A stretch of DNA of 64,000 nt. Origin: an uncultured Eubacteriales bacterium. Its GTDB lineage: Bacteria > Bacillota_I > Bacilli_A > RF39 > UBA660. The notes under the pieces are model-generated. The model ran no database searches. It was not told where the DNA came from and was given only the letters and a program-made list of their open reading frames with translations. Below, piece after piece: positions 1 through 9,025 of the stretch (positions are counted from its first letter, which is position 1; every line of letters starts with the position of its first letter). Where the stretch lies: assembly GCA_900319955.1 (NCBI GenBank), contig ONQM01000003.1, forward strand, positions 17,654 to 81,653, read 5' to 3'. A program made the translations under genes and the position numbers.

Positions 1-3000
1 TTATGATCAACAGGCCTATGTACATGTAAAGTATAAACTCTAACACTTCCAGCTTCACTAGTAACAGTAAATGTAACATCAGTGTCACCAGCTTCAAAAA
101 TATAATTACCATTTCCGGCAACAGAAGCTGTATCACTTGCAGGAACACCCTCCAAATTAACATGCGTATCTTTAGATTCTAATTGAAGGTCGTATTCAAA
201 TGTATTATAATCCCAATTTTCAGGAGTAATGGTACCCTTGTCAGAAACAATACCAGCAAGATAATCATTTTCACTTGGTTGATAAGGAATAGAAACTTTA
301 ACATAACCATCTCCAGCATGACCAGTTTCAACACCTTTACCATTAACAGTAGAAAATTGTTGAGTTCCAGCTAAAGTACTTGCATCAGTAAGTTCATAGT
401 CTTTTGGAACAAGCCATCTATTACCAGAGAAATCATCTGAAAAATCATCGGTAACTAGTGAATAAGTATCCTTTGTAAATACAAATCCAGATCCACCGCC
501 ACCTCCAGATGACCAACCGCCTGTAGCACCAGATCCACCACCGTAGAAGCCGCCTCCGCCGCCTCCACCATAGTAGCCGCCTCCTGAATTAGAAGCATTA
601 GCACCATAAGCAAATTTTCCATTAGCACCTCTATGAGAACCATAAATACCATAAACACCGCCAGATGTTTGAGTAGCACCACCAGCACTAGTACCACATG
701 AACCTTGACCAGTACGGCCAACACCATTAAGTCCACCACCGGCACCACCTGCAGCACATCCATCACTTCCGTGACCGCCGCCGCCACCAGCGATTAATAT
801 TCTATTATAAAGAGTATTTTGATCATATCTAATGTCTGATGCACCACCACCATAACCAGCAAGTGAAGTACCACCACCATTAAATCCACCATTATCTCCA
901 GAACCACCTGGACATAAGTATAACTTTGTACCTTTAGCAAGATATACAGAACCTTTTGAGTAGCCACCTAGACCACCATTACGTCCTCCTTGTGCTCCCC
1001 AAGCCTCTAATAAATAAACATGATCATAAGGAGCAACCCAAGTAGTACAAGAACCATTATAACTTGCAACTTCTTCATAACCAGCAATAGAAATTCTTGT
1101 TACATTAAATACATATAAAGTATCATCAACATGTGGTTCATGAACCTTAACAGTTATTGTATAATGATCATTTCTTATATAGCCATCTCCCTCTACTTTA
1201 GCAGTAGCCTCTCCATCATAAAATTCAGGAATAAGAGTAGCAGCAGCTATATAACTTTCAAGTTCAATATTGTAAAAAGTCTTTCCATCTTCCATCTTAT
1301 AATCAAAAGCTTTACCAGAACCAGAAGTCAAAGTAATTTTCTTTAATTTAGATGAATGAGGATAAGTAACATGAATTGTATAAGTCTTTGTACTAGTATT
1401 TAACTCATTAGTAACTTTGACAACTAAATAATAATCATTCTTTTTAACCTTAACATGAGCCTTACTAACAGCATGATCAGTTTCAACATTAAATAATTTA
1501 TCAGGATTATCTTTTTCATATATTTCAATCTTTTGATCAGCAGATCCTTTGTCAATATTTAAATCATATTCATCTCCAGTATAAGGAAGATTAGCAGAAT
1601 AATTGTAATTACCAGATGAAAAATCAGTACCACCATAACTTGAGAATGATTTACCATCAATCTTTAAATCATTTAAAGAATCAATATCATTAGCTTCCCT
1701 ATTAATATTATAAGTAAATACATCAATAGCACCATTAACATAAGTAATAGAAACTGGATAGGCATTATCTCCTACATGAATCTCATGTTTACCATCACCA
1801 GAATATTTAAGTACAGATTCATCATCAGTAGTATCAACTGAAAATTCAACAATTGAAGAAGTTTTATCAACAGTACCATTATAAGATTTTGTATCATAAT
1901 CGAATTCATGATCTAAAGTGACATTATCACTAACATTAATTTTATATTTATAAGAAAGGGTAAAATTAATTCTAATATATCCATCTCCAGCATTACCTGT
2001 CATAGTTGAAGTACCATCATGAGTTGGCATAGCTGAATAACCATTTATAATAATAGGATCAGTCATATAGTGAAGTTTAGATACCTCATATCCTTCAGGT
2101 GCATACTGCGAATAAGCGCTGCACCAAACATATGAAGAACCACCACCTGCACCATCATCATCATCACCACTGTAATCAGGATAGTTATAACCACCACCAT
2201 ACCAGCCACCACCACCGGCTGATATATAAGTGCCAGCAGTAGTAAATGCATTAGCACCATATCCAAATGAACCACCATCGCCAGCACCAGACATAGTTCC
2301 AGGATTACCAGGATTACCACAACCAGCACCATTTCCAATAGAGTCTCCCGGACCACCAGTACCGCGTGCACCGGCAGCACCACCGCCACCAGCAACTAAT
2401 ATTCTATTATAAAGTGATGTTCCACCAATTCTAACATCTGATGCACCACCACCATAGATATTTACAGGAATAACAAGATTTTGGTTTCCATCTCGGTATG
2501 AATATGGCTTGCCACCACCATTCCAGCCTTGACCAGTAGAACCATTACAACCAACATATAAATAAATTGTTTGTCCTGCAGATAAGAATGTTTTTCCACT
2601 TGCATAGGAACCATTTCCACCAGCAGGACCACGATTTCCACCTTGTGCACCCCATGCTTCTATTGTATAAATTCCAGAAGCAGGAGCAACAAAATATTGA
2701 ACATCATGAGTACAAGTAAAGCCATAACTTCCGGTTGTATCTTTTTGCCAGTAATAACTAGGTTTATGGAAAGTAATTGTATATTTATTTTCAACACCCG
2801 TAATATTATTTGTTACAGTAAATGTATAAACATATTCTTTTAAATCACTGCTTGATATGTCATAATCACCTGTGTGACTTTCAGATAATGAATATCCAGC
2901 ATTAATTGCAACATTAACACGTATAGACTTAGTAGTTTCAGGTATAGTTAAAATATAATCATGTTTTGTATAATCAAAATCAATAGGAATATCTCCACCA

Positions 3001-4919
3001 TTTATACTAATTGTATTAATACCATTTAAAAGTTTTGGAGTAAGTCTTATATAACCATTTCCAGATTGACCAACTTCATTTCCACCAGCAGGATTTTTAA
3101 AAGTTTCCCATCCACCATGGATAAAACCATTTGTCATATAATACTTACTAGAAACAGCATAATCAGATGGTGCAGATGAAGAATTAGCCTCTGACCAAAT
3201 CCAGCCAGAACCGCCTCCACCACCAGAATCATCATCGCCAGAGCCATCAGGTGAAGCATGACCGCCGCCATACCAACCGCCGCCACCAGGACCGCCGTAG
3301 CCACCAGCATATAAAATTTCATTTCCACCAGTAAGCCAAGTACCATTTGCATAACCACCAGCAGTTAAAGTTCCAGGCTGACCGCCACTACCACAGCCAC
3401 CGCTACCAGCGCCACCATTTCCAGCACCACCGACACCTCTTGCACCAGCACCAGCACCACCTCCGGCAACTAAAATTCTATTATTAAGTGTATTACCACC
3501 AATTCTAACGTCAGAAGAACCACCACCATAAACATTTGTAGGTGCAGTATAAAATCCACCATTAGTATAATAATAGTAGCAGTGTCCACCACCATTCCAT
3601 CCTTTTTCACGTCCATTGTAAACAGTTGTTCCAGCACCACCAACATAAAGATATAATTTATCCCCCTGTGAAAAATCAACATCGGCAACTGTATACCCGC
3701 CTTTTCCACCTGCAGGACCACGATTTGCACCTTCAGCTCCCCAAGCTTCAACTGTCCAAGTACCAGTTGATGGAATATAAAATTCCTGATATTGACCGGT
3801 ATATGGAATATCATAATAAACACTATTACCATCTTGAACAAGATAATGATTTACTTGATTTATTGTAACTGTATATACACGAGTTAAACCAGTTGCAATA
3901 TGAGTAACTGTAATTGTTTCAGTACCAGTATTAGATGAAACATCAAGGTTTTTTTGAGAATAAGAAATAACATATCCTTCTTTTGGAGTAACATTAAAAT
4001 TTACTGAAGAAACATTATTATCCACAGTAATTGTATAACTATATATGTCTTTATCATAATTAATATTAACTTTTCCACTATTTAATTTAATACTATCAAT
4101 TCCATCTGGTGAAATTGTAGTAATTCTTGCTTTTCCATCTCCAGATTGAACGCCAGAAGAATAAGAAAAATCAGTCATTTGAAGACGTGTAGGTACAGTA
4201 TAACCATTAGGCACATTAGAAGTAGTTCCTTCATTCCAAACAAATGAAGAGCCACCTCCGCCACCTTTATCATCATCGCCAGAGCCATCTGGATCAGCAC
4301 CGCCACCGCCATACCAGCCGCCGCCTCCGGCACCACCGTAACCACCGGCCCAGTTAGCACCATCGCCGCCTTTTCCAAATTCACCACGAAGACCTCCAGC
4401 ACCAGAGATAGAAGCACCGCCGCCACCAGAACCATAGCCTCCGCAAGTACCGCCACCATTTAAACCACCGGCACCTCCACAATATCCATCAGCACCATCA
4501 GTACCGCCACCTCCAGCAACAATAATACGTGAATAAAGTGAGTCTGTATCAAATCTAATATCAGTAGCACCACCACCATATTGGTTCCAAACTCCACGAC
4601 TTCCGCCACCATTAAAACCTTTATGATTGTTTCCATCTCCGCCAACATAAACAAAGAAGTGATCACCTTTTTTAGCATAAACATAACCCTTAGTATAACC
4701 ACCATGACCAGAATTATCACCGCCACGGTATCCACCTTGAGCTCCCCAAACTTCAAATAAATATGTTCCATCGGTAGGTGCAGTCCATTCTTGTTTCTCT
4801 CCATTATATTCAAAATCATAAACAGTTTGTCCTTTTTCTTCTGCATAAACAAATTTAGGCATACAAATAAAAGAAAAAATTACAATTAAAACAAACATGA
4901 ATTTATATTTATGTTCCAT
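1..4919 (-). CDS. Giant secreted surface protein, partial (the start codon is at 4919, the C-terminal end lies beyond window position 1; its 3' portion is off-window). It contains at least 4 tandem glycine-rich (Gly_rich/ALK-LTK-like) modules alternating with Ig/cadherin-like beta-sandwich domains
   Basis: A continuous minus-strand reading frame with no stop runs from ATG at 4919 to the window edge, which is why it is absent from the ORF track. The N-terminus MEHKYKFMFVLIVIFSFICMPKFVYA-EEKG is a signal peptide with an AxA-type cleavage site. A divergent module of about 350-530 aa recurs at least 4 times: WTAP..GTYxFEVWGAQGG..GGYTKGxVxxxKGDxLYVYVGG.G..NGGG..GGGATDIRxxxxxLxxRIIVAGGGGG followed by GGxGG/GWYGGG/PDGSGDDD stretches. 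The RI(I/L)VAGGGG motif lies near 4530, 3480, 2400 and 790. Segments between modules have Ig-like-fold character (e.g. ITTISPDGIDSIKLNSGKVNINYDKDIYSYTITVDNNVSSVNFNVTPKEGY). A GGGTAG Shine-Dalgarno-like sequence precedes the ATG. Confidence 0.75.
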   Translation of the reverse strand, partial: MEHKYKFMFVLIVIFSFICMPKFVYAEEKGQTVYDFEYNGEKQEWTAPTDGTYLFEVWGAQGGYRGGDNSGHGGYTKGYVYAKKGDHFFVYVGGDGNNHKGFNGGGSRGVWNQYGGGATDIRFDTDSLYSRIIVAGGGGTDGADGYCGGAGGLNGGGTCGGYGSGGGGASISGAGGLRGEFGKGGDGANWAGGYGGAGGGGWYGGGGADPDGSGDDDKGGGGGSSFVWNEGTTSNVPNGYTVPTRLQMTDFSYSSGVQSGDGKARITTISPDGIDSIKLNSGKVNINYDKDIYSYTITVDNNVSSVNFNVTPKEGYVISYSQKNLDVSSNTGTETITVTHIATGLTRVYTVTINQVNHYLVQDGNSVYYDIPYTGQYQEFYIPSTGTWTVEAWGAEGANRGPAGGKGGYTVADVDFSQGDKLYLYVGGAGTTVYNGREKGWNGGGHCYYYYTNGGFYTAPTNVYGGGSSDVRIGGNTLNNRILVAGGGAGAGARGVGGAGNGGAGSGGCGSGGQPGTLTAGGYANGTWLTGGNEILYAGGYGGPGGGGWYGGGHASPDGSGDDDSGGGGGSGWIWSEANSSSAPSDYAVSSKYYMTNGFIHGGWETFKNPAGGNEVGQSGNGYIRLTPKLLNGINTISINGGDIPIDFDYTKHDYILTIPETTKSIRVNVAINAGYSLSESHTGDYDISSSDLKEYVYTFTVTNNITGVENKYTITFHKPSYYWQKDTTGSYGFTCTHDVQYFVAPASGIYTIEAWGAQGGNRGPAGGNGSYASGKTFLSAGQTIYLYVGCNGSTGQGWNGGGKPYSYRDGNQNLVIPVNIYGGGASDVRIGGTSLYNRILVAGGGGAAGARGTGGPGDSIGNGAGCGNPGNPGTMSGAGDGGSFGYGANAFTTAGTYISAGGGGWYGGGYNYPDYSGDDDDGAGGGSSYVWCSAYSQYAPEGYEVSKLHYMTDPIIINGYSAMPTHDGTSTMTGNAGDGYIRINFTLSYKYKINVSDNVTLDHEFDYDTKSYNGTVDKTSSIVEFSVDTTDDESVLKYSGDGKHEIHVGDNAYPVSITYVNGAIDVFTYNINREANDIDSLNDLKIDGKSFSSYGGTDFSSGNYNYSANLPYTGDEYDLNIDKGSADQKIEIYEKDNPDKLFNVETDHAVSKAHVKVKKNDYYLVVKVTNELNTSTKTYTIHVTYPHSSKLKKITLTSGSGKAFDYKMEDGKTFYNIELESYIAAATLIPEFYDGEATAKVEGDGYIRNDHYTITVKVHEPHVDDTLYVFNVTRISIAGYEEVASYNGSCTTWVAPYDHVYLLEAWGAQGGRNGGLGGYSKGSVYLAKGTKLYLCPGGSGDNGGFNGGGTSLAGYGGGASDIRYDQNTLYNRILIAGGGGGHGSDGCAAGGAGGGLNGVGRTGQGSCGTSAGGATQTSGGVYGIYGSHRGANGKFAYGANASNSGGGYYGGGGGGGFYGGGSGATGGWSSGGGGGSGFVFTKDTYSLVTDDFSDDFSGNRWLVPKDYELTDASTLAGTQQFSTVNGKGVETGHAGDGYVKVSIPYQPSENDYLAGIVSDKGTITPENWDYNTFEYDLQLESKDTHVNLEGVPASDTASVAGNGNYIFEAGDTDVTFTVTSEAGSVRVYTLHVHRPVDH

Positions 4920-5004
4920 AGTGTCACTACCCTTATCCTTATATAATGAATTATATCACATATAAAAAAAAATAACTATATTTTAGTTATTTTTATATTA
5001 AAAA

Positions 5005-5547
5005 TTATTTTGATTTTTTACTAGAAGTATTCTTCTTAGAAGATGTAATTTTCTTAGAATTATTTGATGTATTACTATTTTTAGCAGCTACTGTTCCTTT
5101 AGCTTTTTTTTCTGATTTACATACCAATCTTACAGACATTTTATAATCATTCTTCCCATAAGGTTTTTGTGGATAAATTGTTACCATAGTTTGTGTTTTA
5201 TCACAATCATCGCCAGTCTTAGGATCTTTAAATTCATAATCTTTAGGCTTACTTAAAGTATTTTGATATCTAGTCAAACTATCAAGAGAAACTTTAAGAC
5301 CTATACTACTAAAACTTTCCAAAAACTTTTCTCTATCATCTTTATTTTGACCTGTTGTTTTATAATAGTATGAATAAAAATCTTTACCTAAATCTTTCAA
5401 ATTATTTTCCATCTGTTTTTCTTTAGCAGATGCTGAATATTTATTATTATAAATACAAATTCCTGCAATTAAAGCAGCAATAACTATTACAACAATTATT
5501 AAAATAATCTTTTTATTTTCATTAAAAAATTTCTTTGCCTTCTCCAT
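5005..5547 (-). CDS. Hypothetical N-terminally membrane-anchored protein with a Lys/Ser-rich C-terminal tail
   Basis: 180-aa ORF. One N-terminal transmembrane helix (ILIIVVIVIAALIAGICIY) and a low-complexity KKxTSSKKSK C-terminus. No recognisable family. Confidence 0.55.
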   Translation of the reverse strand: MEKAKKFFNENKKIILIIVVIVIAALIAGICIYNNKYSASAKEKQMENNLKDLGKDFYSYYYKTTGQNKDDREKFLESFSSIGLKVSLDSLTRYQNTLSKPKDYEFKDPKTGDDCDKTQTMVTIYPQKPYGKNDYKMSVRLVCKSEKKAKGTVAAKNSNTSNNSKKITSSKKNTSSKKSK

Positions 5548-5713
5548 TTTTTTCTACCTCCGATAATTAAATTATACATATTTTGCAAATATTTGTAAAT
5601 ATATTATTAAAATTATTAATACTAAAATAATTGGTGTATGTAGGTTATCACCTATAAAAAATATTTAACTTTCATATTACTACTTTACATATTTTCATAA
5701 ATCATATATTTTA

Positions 5714-7250
5714 ATAGCTCTCCACTTTTTAGTGGGGTGCCTTTTTTTGGTCTTTTGTTGATATAAAAAGCAGAAAGTTAGATTTTTAGCACTATAAAAA
5801 CTTTCTGCTATTTTTAGTACCTAAAATACTAAATTTTAAGAATATTTATTTTTTCTTGTATTTTTGATTTTAGTATTTTTTAAATTTACTGGAGCATAAC
5901 TTTTGTGTAAAATTGCAAGTGTCCTTAATCTAAAAAATCCAAATTTTTTTATATCCATATGCTCTATCAATTATCTTATCAATTGTATTGTTATTTGCTT
6001 CAGTAAATCCATTTGAATATCTTTCATCTTTAAATGAATTAACAATAGGCTCTAACCAGTTTTTGATTATTTTAGCAGCGTCTATCATCTCAGGTATTTC
6101 TGATTTATTAAATTTCTTTATCCATTTTTCTAACTCTTCTTTTGTATTTTCATATTTAACATTTATTGTTATCCTTAAAAATTCTTCTTTTAATGAATAT
6201 GCTTTTGCAAGGTCTGTATCTATCTTTAACACTTCATTAAGTCTATCTATTTTAAATACCTCAACAAAAGTATTATTCCTTTTTATTTTCATAACACCAT
6301 ACCAAAAATCATTAAACTTGTCTTTAGTTTTTTTATTGGTTATTCCTTTATTATATTTTTCTTCTTTATCCTTTCTTTTTCTTATCTCACTTTTTGTTTC
6401 ACTAAATGATTTTAATAACAATATGCAGTTTATTCTATTCTTTAGAAGTCTATATCCATAACTAGTTTTATCACTTTCATATTTATGGACTAATCTTAAT
6501 CTGACATTGTCTAGACCTTTTGTTACATAACTAGTATAATGAAATGGGTCGGCGACAAATATAGCGTTTGGAAAACATATTTTCACGACCTCGTAATATG
6601 GTTTGTATAAATCATATATTACAACTTTAACAGACTTTCTATTTTTTACTTTTTTAAAGTATTTAATTAGAAAGTCTTTTTTTTGTTGGTAATATATCAA
6701 GTGTTATTCTTCTTAATGGATCATTTAATATAAATGAATACAATCCTGCATCTGTTTTAGTCGATGTTTCATCAAATGATATAACTTCTGGAAGTATTTC
6801 TACATTACTTGGATAATTTTTCATTGCCTCTTTTAATGTTTCTCTTACAAAGTTTGATGAAACATTATTTTCTTTTGCAATATTATCAATAGTTTTATCT
6901 CTATCAAATAAATCTTTTAGAACATTCTGTCTTGTTTTATTTGATATTTTTTCACCTTTACCAAGTGTTTCTATTTTTCTGTAAAAGATTTATCACAATC
7001 TTTCTTTCTATTAGATTTTATATAAACATATTTAATCTCTTTTCCTCCTTCCTTATCACTTTCAACATTAATTATGTCTAGTGAATCGTCAAGTCCTAAT
7101 ACTTTTCTTATTTCTTCTCTTTTTATTCTCTTTAACTCCTTCTGTAACACTCTATGTTACAGTAGAATTATTGCATATTATTGTCTCTATTGGAACCCCA
7201 CTAAACCTCGGAGATTTACAAAAAAAACCCCACCAAAAGGTGGAGACCCC
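5714..7250 (-). mobile_element. Degraded ISL3-family insertion sequence, about 1.5 kb, with imperfect terminal inverted repeats and a pseudogenised transposase
   Basis: The left end at 5716-5750 reads AGCTCTCCACTTTTTAGTGGGGTGCCTTTTTTTGG. The reverse complement of the right end at 7222-7250 reads GGGGTCTCCACCTTTTGGTGGGGTTTTTTTTG, matching about 27 of 31 positions. Between them lies an ISL3-type transposase remnant. Confidence 0.6.
5930..7150 (-). pseudogene. ISL3-family transposase (DDE_Tnp_ISL3) pseudogene, disrupted by at least two in-frame stops and one frameshift
   Basis: The 256-aa ORF 5930..6700 carries the ISL3 catalytic-domain signatures VADPFHYTSYVTKGLDNVRLRL and SNGFTEANNNTIDKIIDRAYGY. 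Upstream on the minus strand, other frames encode the ISL3 N-terminal region (IRKVLGLDDSLDIINVESDKEGGKEIKYVYIKSNRKKDCDKSFTEK*, then IETLGKGEKYQIKQDRMF*, then ...LPEVISFDETSTKTDAGLYSFILNDPLRRITLDILPTKKRLSN*). The junction with the 256-aa ORF (MIYYQQKKDFLIKYFKK) falls on an 8-T homopolymer at 6676-6683, so there is a -1/+1 frameshift there. No in-frame Met start is visible at the 5' end. Confidence 0.7.
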
Positions 7251-7338
7251 AATTTCTTACATTCTCATCTATAAAATCAATTAAATTGTAGCAATGCTAA
7301 TTTTTATTCACCAACACTACTTGAAATTTAATCTGATT

Positions 7339-8127
7339 TTAAACAGCAGTAGAAAACATACCCATCATCGCAATTAAAAGTATAAGCATAACACCAATAC
7401 CAGTACAAATAAGCATTGTCATTGTTTGATTTTCCATATGTTCTAGACGCTCTTTATATTTTACTTCACGAGCCTTATTTTGAAGATTAGAAACACTTCT
7501 TGAAAACATCATTAATCTTTCTTGTTTTCTCTCTTGAGAACCAATTCCAAGTCTATATAAAAGTCTCATCATACGCATTGAATCTCTAACAGGATAATCA
7601 TTAGCAAACTCCATATAAGGATCAACTGTAGAATCACCTGCATTAATCTCTTCAACCATCTTCTTTAAACCAGGCTTAAAAACATCAGGAGCATCATCAA
7701 TTGAACGTGCAAGAGCAACTGGAACAGTATAATGCTGTATTAATATTTCTAGTCCTTTTAAGTAATAAGGAAGTAGTAAATCTATCTCATGTAAATGTTT
7801 CTTATAGAAATTTTTTAAAGACCAATAACTAGACTTAAATGTTAAGAAACCAACAACAACTGATATAACAATATTTAAAAGACTTACAGTATTCATAAAA
7901 AGTATTAAAAATACTATTCCAACTATTAAACCATTTCTAAGTCTTTGTTCAAAAAGTACATCAGGATCTACTTTATCTCCATACTTCATACGAACTAAAA
8001 AGTCATAATCACTTTCTCTTAAAAGATTAAAAAGTTTAGAATTATCTTTAGCAAACTTTTTTGTATCAATAGTTTTATTGTATACAAGAACAAATAAAAT
8101 AATTCCACCAAATATAAGGACTTCCAT
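7339..8127 (-). CDS. TadC-like inner-membrane platform protein (type II secretion system F-domain family)
   Basis: 262 aa with the TM/cytoplasmic domain/TM/TM layout typical of TadB/TadC/GspF-type platform proteins. It sits immediately downstream of a second paralogue and of a CpaF ATPase gene, and its start at 8127 overlaps the upstream stop, suggesting translational coupling. Confidence 0.55.
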   Translation of the reverse strand: MEVLIFGGIILFVLVYNKTIDTKKFAKDNSKLFNLLRESDYDFLVRMKYGDKVDPDVLFEQRLRNGLIVGIVFLILFMNTVSLLNIVISVVVGFLTFKSSYWSLKNFYKKHLHEIDLLLPYYLKGLEILIQHYTVPVALARSIDDAPDVFKPGLKKMVEEINAGDSTVDPYMEFANDYPVRDSMRMMRLLYRLGIGSQERKQERLMMFSRSVSNLQNKAREVKYKERLEHMENQTMTMLICTGIGVMLILLIAMMGMFSTAV

Positions 8128-9020
8128 TACTCAGCACCTACATTCTCGTTATAATATTTTTCTCCTTTAATGAGAAAATAACTATTAATCAAAATTATAC
8201 CATGAAGTAATAATTTAACATACCATCTATCAAGTAAAAGGATATAACTTTCCTTACCTAGTAAATACTGAACTAAAAGGACAAGTACATATAGCATAAT
8301 ACCAAATTGTAAGAACCTCTTATGGAAGTTAGCTCTATCAATTCTATCTCTGTAAACACCTTCAACAAGAGTATCGATATCAAGTTGCATCTGCTCTAGT
8401 GAGTCTGCTGAGTTTCTCGCACCTTCCTTAGTTATCTGTAAGAATAATTGATGCATATTTTTAACTATATAAAACGGATATAAATTATTAAAATATTTAA
8501 TTGATTCATCAATGGAACCATTTTTATAAGCAAGCTCTATCATTCTATCAACATCACCAGCAACTGGATCTTCAAGAAGTCCAGATTCTCTAACACCTTC
8601 CAAACTTTTAACAAAAGATTGTCGAGTTGCAAATTCCATAATAGTGTTAGATGTATATACCTGTATTTGTTCAAAGATAAACTCACTATATATTCTTTTA
8701 CTTCTCAAATAAGCAAGATAAGGAACAAGTAAAATACCAAGAAAAACATATAAAGCTGCAGTAAAGATGTTATAGAAATATAAGTATGCAATAAGTCCTG
8801 CAAAACCACCTATTAAAACACACTGTATAATATAATCTCTAGGCTTATATTCCTTACCCAACTGCTTTGTCTTCTCTCTTACTTTTTTATATGAATAAGG
8901 AGCAAACTTATCATAAATAGATGTTATTTGGTCATTAATAAATCTAGTCGCATTCTTACCACTATAACCTCGATACATCATTACAAATATAGCAATAACT
9001 AATAGTATAAATAATTCCAT
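8127..9020 (-). CDS. TadB-like inner-membrane platform protein (T2SS-F domain family)
   Basis: 297 aa with an N-terminal TM, a roughly 200-aa cytoplasmic domain and two C-terminal TM helices. It is a paralogue-like partner of the adjacent gene and sits directly downstream of the CpaF-type ATPase. Confidence 0.55.
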   Translation of the reverse strand: MELFILLVIAIFVMMYRGYSGKNATRFINDQITSIYDKFAPYSYKKVREKTKQLGKEYKPRDYIIQCVLIGGFAGLIAYLYFYNIFTAALYVFLGILLVPYLAYLRSKRIYSEFIFEQIQVYTSNTIMEFATRQSFVKSLEGVRESGLLEDPVAGDVDRMIELAYKNGSIDESIKYFNNLYPFYIVKNMHQLFLQITKEGARNSADSLEQMQLDIDTLVEGVYRDRIDRANFHKRFLQFGIMLYVLVLLVQYLLGKESYILLLDRWYVKLLLHGIILINSYFLIKGEKYYNENVGAE

Positions 9021-9025
9021 ATATC

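Noticed and set aside
455-4852. Multiple 60-130-aa Val/Leu/Met-rich ORFs on both strands inside the Gly-rich gene (e.g. 455..787, 2063..2395, 3470..3841, 4175..4459, 4460..4852)
   Set aside because: These are frame-shifted or antisense readings of the GGT/GGC/GCT-rich coding sequence of the giant minus-strand gene. Their products are low-complexity, and there is no independent start or RBS evidence.
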